From Macrostomum lignano (lineage: Eukaryota): a DNA stretch of 64,000 nt. The stretch is from positions 682,001-746,000 of the forward strand of contig NIVC01000013.1 of the NCBI GenBank assembly GCA_002269645.1. Direction: 5' to 3'. Position numbers and translations under genes: made by a program. Position 1 is the stretch's first letter. Each line of letters begins with the position of its first letter. Under the pieces are notes generated by a model. It had not been told where the DNA came from. It was given only the letters and a program-made list of their open reading frames with translations, and ran no database searches. Below are positions 10,572 through 19,943 of this stretch, piece after piece.

Positions 10572-12379
10572 CTATTAGAGAAACTGATACCTCAATGGAT
10601 GCAATGACATCATATTAGAGACACTGATACCTCACTATATGCACTGGCATCCCGTTGAAACCCTGATACATCCAGTGAGTAGACTGATATCCTACTACAG
10701 ACCTCGATACCTCACGGTACGCGAAAAAACCGACGGCGAGAAAAGCAAATAATTTGCGAAATAAAAAAAATTATTTGTGTCGTCGGAACATTGTAAAAGT
10801 GTAAATTTTCCATAGGATCGACGTCGGGTGTGTCAGTAATATCGGCGGGTATCGGAATCTTCTTCGGTAGGAGACTCTGACATCCCTCTGAGAAAGTTCA
10901 AGCCCAAGATTACCCTGACATCCTTCTAGTGGGGCACTGAAATCTCACTCCAGACTCTCAACTGAAATTGTGTTGTGTAAGCCGGATCGCAACTCTAGCT
11001 ATCTCAGCGGACGAGCCCAGAGATGGCGTCAGTCAACTGGCCGACTGACTTCGGACTCTGAACGTGAGATCGCGTCAGGAGACCTGGTCAGTCCGTCCCT
11101 ATGGCGCAAATCAAACTCAGCCAGTCGCACAATATAGAAAGAAACGCGACTTATTATTGTCTTCACACAACGGCGATGGCGGCAGCAGGGGTGGATTCTC
11201 TCAAATTCTGGCAGTGAGAGCTTCTAGGTAAAGATTGATTTTCAGTTGTAGTTGTTGCGGAGTTAGTAGCTGAGCCTAGATCGGTACGAAGGTGGCCTCT
11301 ACTACCGCCGCTCATGAATACACACATATATACTCGTATATTTGCGCTGACTGGGTAAGTCCTAAGGTATTGCTACCCCAGGCCCAGCTAGCCAAAATTA
11401 CAAGACTTGCAAATTACAGAGCGCGACGGGGTCACGATTGGAGGAGATTAATAGTAAAGCTGGGTCGGAGCTCACGTATGCACGTACATCTGCACGTATC
11501 AGGAGGTCAATATTTGGATACAGTAAAATGTATGGTAAAATGTTAGGACTGGTGCCATCTCTTTGTTTAAATAGACAACGTGCTAAATTGGATTAAAAGC
11601 TGCGCAATATTTTGACGATAAGACGGACGGGCCGTGGCTGTTTTTCTTGATAGTGAGGTCGGGGGGTTTTGAAAACTATTCTCTGCTGGGCTCCTTGAAA
11701 TTCGTTCGTTCTCGTCCGTTCGAATCGGTGCGCTTTGTCGTTTCAAACAAACTTGGCGAAGATTTCGGCTTGTAGATGACGGGGAGCTCCGCTGCTGAGT
11801 TCCTCAGGCTCAGGGGGGGGGGGGTAGCTGTGGTCGCGGCTGAGCGGTCTAGTATGCCGACGTTCAGAAGGCCGAATGCAGAGATTTGTAGCCGATGAGG
11901 GGCACTTCAAAATAAACTAAAATTTCTCGAGAGTGTTACTAATAGTAGTAGGTCGCTGCCACCACCGCGATTTTACGCGGGAAATGCTCTAAAGCTGGAA
12001 ACTAGCTCGAGTTTGCTCTAGCGCTTCTCGATGGACCTCTAAGGGTCAAAATAAAGTGCTTCCGAGGTCACGAAGGTAAGACACCGTTTCACACACAGAA
12101 CTAAATGGGCCGGTATAAATATTTGGCCGAAAACTGGGTAATTATTATTATTATGCGGCACTAAGTTAAGTAGCAAGATTAAGTATAACAAAACAATTCG
12201 CTTAATTATTAGACTTAAATTGGTGGACGAGGAGCTGGTCGGGTCGGGATACTGGGCTTACAAGATAGGGGCCTCTCGTGGTCTGAGTCGGGTCGGCGGG
12301 ATTCCTTGGAGTTCGGGCAAAGGACACGAGAGTCTGGCTGGAAAGGCGGGCGCAGACTCTTAAATTAGGTTCTTAAGGA

Positions 12380-12645
12380 ACCACCGGGCGGAAGCGGGTT
12401 ACCCCGGGTGGGACCAAAGAGACACACGGTGGGGAGAGGGGAGGGTACACCGGGTGGTGAAGACTAAACACCGGGTGGACCCTTATGGAAAACGCAGTAA
12501 AACAAAAATTAGCCAGGGGTGGGAAGGAAAGTTACATTTGCGTAAAACGCTTTCCGCGCAGGGAAAGTGACGTCAATGTTCGGAATCCACTGAGTAAAAT
12601 CATCCACCCCGTGGAAAATAAGGTTACATTCAGTGGGAAGTAGTG
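12380..12645 (-). mobile_element. Candidate CACTA terminus with subterminal CCGGGTGG-like repeats
   Basis: The minus strand begins CACTACTTCCCACTG at 12645. About 6 copies of C(A)CCGGGTGG-like motifs lie in 12380-12615, and composition switches abruptly to AT-rich right after. The partner TIR was not found. Confidence 0.4.
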
Positions 12646-13975
12646 GGAGGCCTCGCCTACCACAATAGCAACAAAATAACAACTTAAATATGATCGATAA
12701 TAGTAATTTTGCGAAATAAATTATAAAATCTGTTTTTAAACAATTAAAAATGGTCACTGTTCTTTATTCGAGTCTAAATCGGTTGAATTAGTTTTTAGAA
12801 TTTGTTTATATGGTATACTTTTGCCACGTTTTACGTTTAAACTATTTGATTTCTTGTCATTAATGTAAAAATCGCGATAGTTACTAAATATCGGCCGTCT
12901 GCTATACACTTTCTATGACAAAATTATAATTTTTGTAATGCTCCATTGTATCGTGGAGACTAATGTTTTAGATTTTATTTGCTTATTTCTGTATAAGTAA
13001 CTGACAATTTAATCCAGATACTTGACATCTAAGAAGAGACATGTTTAGTAATAGTATGATGTTCAAACTTAAAATTTAGAGCCATCAACAGAAACTAGCA
13101 AAATAAAAATACAGCAGTAAAATATATGCACATAGGTCTAGAATTTTACCTGTCAGTCAATTAATAGTCGTAGTCAAAGGGAAAGATTGGCAGTTTTTTT
13201 AATTTAGACTTATTGTATACCATGGAAGTTAGAAGTAGAACCTTACTAATTTAAATATTTTTTATTGACATTTCTTTGTTCAACAATTAAAAATAAATAT
13301 TTTGCTTTTTCATCAGTAACAATTTATGGCTTTTAATTCAAATTAGCTAGTACTAGTGCATTAAGCCCCCATAGATGATATGGGCATTCAAATTCAAAAT
13401 TCAAATATTGAGAAGCATAAAAAAATCATTTTTGAATATTTCCCCTAGGCCTAATTTCAAATCTATTTTTCATTGTTTAAAATTTTATATATACTCAGCA
13501 ACATTAAAAAGTCAACAATTTACATGCCTGTCTATAATCAACTTCTCTTGGACTAGGCCTATTTTTAAAAATATACAATTTAATACAGAAAACTAAAAAG
13601 AAAACATATTAGGCTAGATACCTTTAATCTATTCAACAAAACATTTGCACAATGCACCCCCAAACTTTATCCTTCAACTCATGCCTGCCACAAAAAAAAG
13701 CTATGTTGCATCATTCACAAAGATGGAGAAGCTTTAACTATACTATAAAAAATGATGTTCATAGACATAGACTTTTCAATGTTGCTAAATATATAAGCAT
13801 AGACCTATTATGACACTAAGCCCCTGGTGGTAAGCATTCAAGTAAAAAATTCAAATAGGGGTTTATTTAAATTTGAAGCATTTAAAACTTTGTTTTTCAA
13901 ATATTTGACCTTTTAACAATTGGTAAAAAAATTATTTACCAATTTACCAAATTAATTTGAATCAATTGTGTCTAT

Positions 13976-15504
13976 TAGCTACTATGTAAAGGTTTCACGA
14001 CAGATATTCAAACAGACATTCAAAACAATCATCTGTAACTTTAAACAAAATTGACCCACTTCAACCATCTTTTTGGCAAATATTTAAGCAAGTATTGGTC
14101 ATTGAATAAGATTTACTTTATTAACTGAAGTAAAAATCTTTCTGATATACATTGATTTAAAATTTGCTTAGCAACACTCTGATTAGACATTGCTTTACCA
14201 TTGAGTGAAATTGTTTTGATTGTAGCAGCCTTAAAGTAGATATTGGATTAAAAAATGTTTCAATTTACTCTTTTTATGCATGTCTCAGCTTTAAAATGAC
14301 ATATCAGGCGTTGCAAAACACAGCTTTGATGCCAAGATATTTGACACAAAACATTGCTTTGCACAAACTCACATTCAGAAATTTCACTGATTTTTAATTG
14401 ATATTTGTGTAGCTGCCATGTCCTTGTGTTTCATTATGGAATAGCCGCCCCAAAGTTTGGAGCAGTGGGATTGGCTTGTCAAGGGAAAAGGTTTTTTTGC
14501 CATGACAACAGCAGCCATCCAACTTTTTGACGGATTAACTTAGCCAAAGAAGAGCGCATTTGTCCTTTAGTCGTCTCTTGTGGAGTTACTGCTGATATTG
14601 TGGAGTAAACTTGGAAATGCATATCATAGAAGCCACAGTGCTTGTAATTAATCTTTTTCCCAATGCCCTAAGAATGTGCCTAATTTGCTTAATTACAAAA
14701 TTGCTTAATACTCATAATAATATTAACAAAAATCATAATAATAATACTAAATAATGTTTGGATCGCAATACTGCACAATTTACAAAAACCAATAAAATAA
14801 TTGTCTTAAGCATTCTACAATACACTTGTATGTTAGCAAGGCTTCATGCAATGGTTAATAAATAGAGAAGTAGGCAAGCATCTGAACAAATATTGATTAA
14901 AAATCAGTGAAGTTTCCAAATGTGAGTTTGAGCAAAGCAATGTTTAGTGTCAAATATCTCAGCATCAAAGCTGTCTTTTGCGACACCTGAGGTGTCATTT
15001 TAAAGCTGAGACATGTGTATAGACATGACTAGAATTTGACGAATCTGATGAAAAACAAGGACATGGCAGCTACACAAATATTAATTAAAAATCAGTGAAA
15101 TTTCTGAATGTGAGTTTGCACAAAGCAATGTTTAGTGTTGAATATCTCGGCATCAAAGCTGTGTTTTGCAATGCCTGAAGTGTCATTTTAAAGCTGAGAC
15201 ATGTGTAAAGAGTAAATCAAAACATTTTTTTAATCTAGTATCTACTTTTAGGCTGCTACTATAAAAACAATTTCAGTCAAGGGTAAAGCAATGTCTAATC
15301 AGAGTGTTGCTAAGCAAATTTTAAATCAATGTATGCCAGAAAGATTTTTACTTCAGTTAATAAAGTAAAGCTTATTTGATGCCCAATACTTGCATAAATA
15401 TTTGCCAAAAAGATGGTTGAAGTGGGTCAATTTTGTTTTAAGTTACAGATGATCATTTTGAATGTCTATCTCAATATCTGTCGTGAAACCTTCACATTTA
15501 GCTA
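13976..15504. mobile_element. Non-coding fold-back element with ~455-bp diverged inverted arms
   Basis: 13976-14433 is the reverse complement of ~15049-15504 (e.g. GGTTTCACGACAGATATT / AATATCTGTCGTGAAACC). An extra partial arm copy lies at ~14890-15030. No clear TSD. Confidence 0.75.
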
Positions 15505-15606
15505 CTGCCCCCTATCTACAACTATGCCACCTAGTGTTGTATTCATAAAATAAGACAAACAAGATCAGAGCAGTTTAGCCTGCCACGTGAAGGGTCATAA
15601 AACTCA

Positions 15607-17815
15607 TTTAGCTTAAAGTCAAGGTAAGGTTACATCTGATAAAAGCCAGAAGAACAAAAGCAGAAATGAACATTCACATTTTTTTAATAATTACCAAAAT
15701 ATATTTTTTTAATCTTTGAGCAATATGTTTGCCAAACAATTGGCATCTTCAACCAATAATAAGATTAAAAAAAGATGGTAAATTTTTAGTCTAGTAAGCC
15801 AAAATGATGCAAGTATGGCCATATGGGTAGCAGAGTTAGATGACCTTAAATAAAAGAAAATAAGATGCCATAGAAAATGTTAAGAGTGATAGCGATTCCT
15901 ATTCCAATATCATTCAAGTCCCATACATTGGGTTGCCTAGCCTTAGGTTTTGCCATAAAAATGGCCATCTATTATACCCACTTGGACACTAAGGTCTTCA
16001 ATGTGTTCTATATTGTAAAAATATTGCAATATATGCAAAGAATTAAGTGCAATGTACCACAAACCTTATGCGCAGGAGTTATTTATAAATCTTATGCATT
16101 GCTAAGCAATGTTGGTTTTGCATAGGTAAAACTGAAAAGCAAGAGCTAGCACAAGAGCTAGCAAGTACAAGAGCTAGCACTGTGTATGACCATCTCCTGG
16201 TGTGCAACCAATGTGTTAAAGTTAGACATGCTAAGAAATTTAAAATTATTGATCTTAACTGCTAGAGTACGAGGGGCATTCAAAAAGTTTTGGCAACTGA
16301 CCTAATATCTCCAAAAGTACATATCACAAAGCGTTGAAATTTTTTTACTAAATCGCAGACATATTGGTTTTAACCACAGAGTATGACTTTTTTCCCTCAA
16401 ATGTGTTATACTTGCGCGTGGCCAACGCAAGGTGGTGTTTTACACTCTGCCAAAAATGGAGCCAGTTGCAACAAGACCAGTGGTTATTCTACATTTTTAT
16501 GTGCTCACAACTCAGAGAAAGTGCGATCAAAATCGATGCAGACCTGGTCCAGGTAGTCGGGGACCGAGCCCCTTCCTATCGGACGGTTGCCAGGTGGATA
16601 GAGTCCATCAACGCCAGATGGGCTTCCTTGAATGATGGATGAGCACAGCTGTGACTGAAGCCAACATTGCTGCTGTCAGGGCTCTGGTGGATGAGGATCC
16701 AAACATTACCATCTCTGTGATTAGCAAGACTGTCGGTATTTCCAATGGCAGTACGCACACCATCCTGCACAGCCACCTGGGCCTCTGCAAGGTCACCGCC
16801 AGCTGGGTGCCCCACCTCCTGACAGAAGAGCAGAAGAGGGAGAGGGTGCGGTGCAGCCAGGAATTCCTGCGCAACTTATGGAGATGCAAGGCTGACTGTC
16901 CTGCAGTCCAGCTTTCAGTCCGGGAAGGAGATTTTCGTCATCTTCATCAGCACATCTGGGCCCGTGGCCATCATCATGGTGCCTAATGGACAGAATGTGA
17001 ACGCCAGCTTCTACTCCGGTACGGTTCTACCACAAGTCATGGCGTCACTTCACACAACTCAGCCCTCACGGCTTCAAGCTGGGCGAATTCACCTGCACCA
17101 TGACAATGCGTCCAGTCACACAGCAGCCCTGACGACCAACTTTCTAGGCAGCCAACAACATCAAGACCATCTGCCACCCACCCTACAGTCCTCACTTGGT
17201 TCCCTGCAACTTCTGGGTGTTCACCAAGCTGACTGAATGGCTGGCAGGACGGAATTTTCACCGATGTCAGGACCTGGCTAAGTTCATCAATTCAGAGCTG
17301 AAGGCCATACCTGCTTCATATTCGGCGGCACCAAAAGTGCATTGAGAGAGGGGAGACTACATGACTAACATGTGAGTCAGGAACCAGTAACATGTTGTTC
17401 ATTAAACAGCTAAAGCTGGTAGCAGTCAGTTACTGTTTTTTAATAGTTGACCAAATTGCCAAAAATTTTTGAGTGCCCCTCGTATTTGAGAGGTATTGTA
17501 CATTAAACAGCTAAAGCTCACATTAATATCCAACTTGGTAGTAGAAAGGCAAGTGTCCATCCAAGGGTGTTCTGAACCCTATGCGCTTGCCTGCTTATTT
17601 AGAGCCATCTAACTCATGTTACCCATACTTGCATCATTTTGGCTTATTAGAATTAAAAAGTATTACATTCTCTCTGCATTTACATTATTGCCTAAAGATA
17701 CCAATTGTTTGGCAAAACATGTTGCACAAGGATGAATAAAATTTTAATTTAGTATTAAGAAAAATGCAAATGTATTTTTAGCTTTTAGCTTCACCTTTAG
17801 CTTAATCATACATTC
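15607..17815. repeat. Old inverted-repeat pair enclosing the mariner
   Basis: GCCAAACAATTGGCATCTT (~15731) vs AAGATACCAATTGTTTGGC (~17696); AAGCCAAAATGATGCAAGTATGG (~15796) vs CCATACTTGCATCATTTTGGCTT (~17623). Boundaries approximate. Confidence 0.55.
16270..17482 (+). mobile_element. Mariner (Tc1/mariner) element, defective
   Basis: TA at 16268-16269 and 17483-17484; 28-bp TIR CGAGGGGCAtTCAAAAAgTTTTGGCAAc with 3 mismatches. Transposase remnants include the HTH region, WVPHLL, HDNASSH and PPYSPHLVPCN (degenerate YSPDLAPxD), with frameshifts and an internal deletion covering the first catalytic Asp region. Confidence 0.92.
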
Positions 17816-18283
17816 AAATTTTTCTTTAAAAAATTTATGTACAAATGTAAGTTGTAAGTTGCATTTTTGGTCAAAAAGTAAATCACATAGCCAGTATAAG
17901 TCAAGGAGGTTGCAGTAAATCACATATAAAAAGTAAATCACATATAAATGAGTGAAAAAATTATCTATATTCACTTTTAAAATCATTTAATTGAAGCATA
18001 CAATTTCATTGCAATACCATGCCCACTGGATTTTGATTTTCTAAAGTATTATTAGTATATTAAGTAGCAACCTATGCTCCCATTTGGAAGGCAACAAAGA
18101 AGGAAAGAAAAAGTTTAAATAAACTACATGTTAGTAAATCATTATTGTTGAAATTATAATTGAAATTGAAAATCTTTATTGTTCAAGTCTTGCAATATCA
18201 TGTCATGATTTACTATATCAAGATATAGGGTAAATGATAACTGTTATATTTAAATAAAAAATTATTGTTCAATGTGTATAATC

Positions 18284-19667
18284 TAATAAAAATCAATTGA
18301 TTATACCAGCCCTAATATTTAGATATGCAACTGACAGCTTAGCTGCAGCTATTTCATAGCACATCTAAAGGCTGCATATGGGCCATTCCATATAGTTATG
18401 GTTGTAACATGACAGACTATTTTTACTTATAAAATGAAATCTAATAATAGAATATACTAAACCAATATTTTGAATGAAAGATTATTTTGTCAAGAATATG
18501 TTTATAAAGTTTTATATAGATATCATCATTAGTATAGATCCTATTAAACCTTGAATGGCACTTATGGTTGTAACAACAGGATTTTTGACATATAGAAACT
18601 AAAAGGTAAAAGTCTTATAACATTTTTCATTTTTGATATTTTGCAATAATTTTTTTTAAATTTGACTAAGAACATCTTTAGAAGTCATACTCTTTTATTA
18701 GAATATATAAACTCAAAAAGGCAACAAAGATACAAAAGAAAAGGCAGCCTTATGGTCATAACATTATGGTCGTAACATTTTTTTCTGTCAATTCAGTAAC
18801 TTTGAAGTACTAATATATTAAAAATATAATAGATTGTATGGTTGCTAATTTTTTATCTGATGATGCAAGTACTATAATTTTATATATAGTTTGTTTTAAC
18901 CTTCTAAAGCTTTCTATTTGTTTTTAAAAGGTACATAAACTTAATGATGTCTTTTGCTTAGAAAATGTCCAATTTTTTACAAAAATAACTTTTTTGCCAA
19001 TTGATAACATACTAATCCAACATTTTATCATTTATTTATTCTTAGATTGTATACATTATATACAAAAAAGATTTGGTAAAAAATTGGCTGATAATGCAAT
19101 GACAAGCAAAAAGATTGACTTTTCTATTTTCCAAATATGTCCATCTTATATGGAATGGGCCATATGGCTGTTCAGTCCAAAAAGGAGGATTGCTACTTGA
19201 TTTACTTGACTTAGCTGCAGGGGGTTTTGGGTACAGTAGGGGAGACACTGCCGCCGATTCCACTAACCCATAGCAACTACAGGCAGCTGGTGCTGCAGTG
19301 TTGTGCAGTGAGATACAGTGGTGCTAGACGCTGGTGTCTGCAGTGCAGTCCCCCTCCGGACAGTCTGGAGGTGGATGGTCTCTCGCCTAGTAGCCGTTAG
19401 ATAAAAGACGAGCTGGCAGAGATTCTTGGGCCTGAAAACATTGAGGAGGTCCGGGTTTAGGCCGAGGTAGGTGGGCCTGTCCTGAGTAAGGCGGGGCATG
19501 CACAGATGAAGTGGTCCATATTGTCGACACTGGAGAATCAGAAAAAGCATTCGTCGCTATGGATTTTTCCCTGGAAGTAAACGATGCCTGGCAAAATAGC
19601 CATGTCCCGATAGGGGCCATGGAAACTAACCTGGTGTCCCCGCGGTTGAGTCCAAACAGGGCCCTGC
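18284..19667 (-). mobile_element. 5'-truncated non-LTR retrotransposon 3' end (R1/Loa/I-group-like ORF2 C-terminal CCHC domain plus 3' UTR)
   Basis: Joining three minus frames gives RALFGLNRGDTRLVSMA/LSGHGYFARHRLL/QGKIHSDECFF*FSSVDNMDHFICACPAL/RPTYLGLNPD..., matching the L.R.d.r.lv...GH...H...G...C..C......H.lC.CPAL...R...LG pattern. The 3' UTR is homologous to 54193-54345. Confidence 0.75.
18380..19161. mobile_element. 782-bp non-autonomous DNA element with 4-bp ATAT TSD, inserted in the LINE 3' UTR
   Basis: TIR GGGCCATTCCATATA / TATATGGAATGGGCC (1 mismatch); ATAT at 18376-18379 and 19162-19165. Removing it restores collinearity with the uninterrupted copy at 54236-54309. Internal TTATGGTTGTAACA-like repeats. 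Confidence 0.8.
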
Positions 19668-19760
19668 GACACAAATTGTTCCGAGTGGTTTGTAAAACGA
19701 ACTCCCAGCCTTTCAGTCGTGAGTCTGACGCTTTCTAACCGCAAGGTTAGAGCAACCCCC
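19668..19760 (-). mobile_element. tRNA-derived SINE head (truncated), fused to the LINE fragment
   Basis: The minus strand reads GGGGTTGCTCTAACCTTGCGGTTAGAAAGCGTCAGACTCACGACTGAAAGGCTGGGAGTTCG...AACAATTTGTGTC, alignable to the SINE at 54351-54437. Confidence 0.75.
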
Positions 19761-19943
19761 AGTCTAATATACTGCAAATGTAATATTACAATAGATAATA
19801 CCGCATTCCTATTTCTGTCGAATTTTAACACCAGCTAAAAGAGGCCGCGATTTCTTGTGTAAAAGAAAAACAAAATTTGAGAATTCAAATTAATTGAGAT
19901 CATTCTTTTTTCCCTATAGACACCTCCCAGCCTAGCGATAAGC

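Noticed and set aside
11889-11903. GTAGCCGATGAGGG shared with ~38505 as a hammerhead-ribozyme core
   Set aside because: It is CCGATGA rather than CTGATGA, and I saw no paired stems with a GAAA partner.
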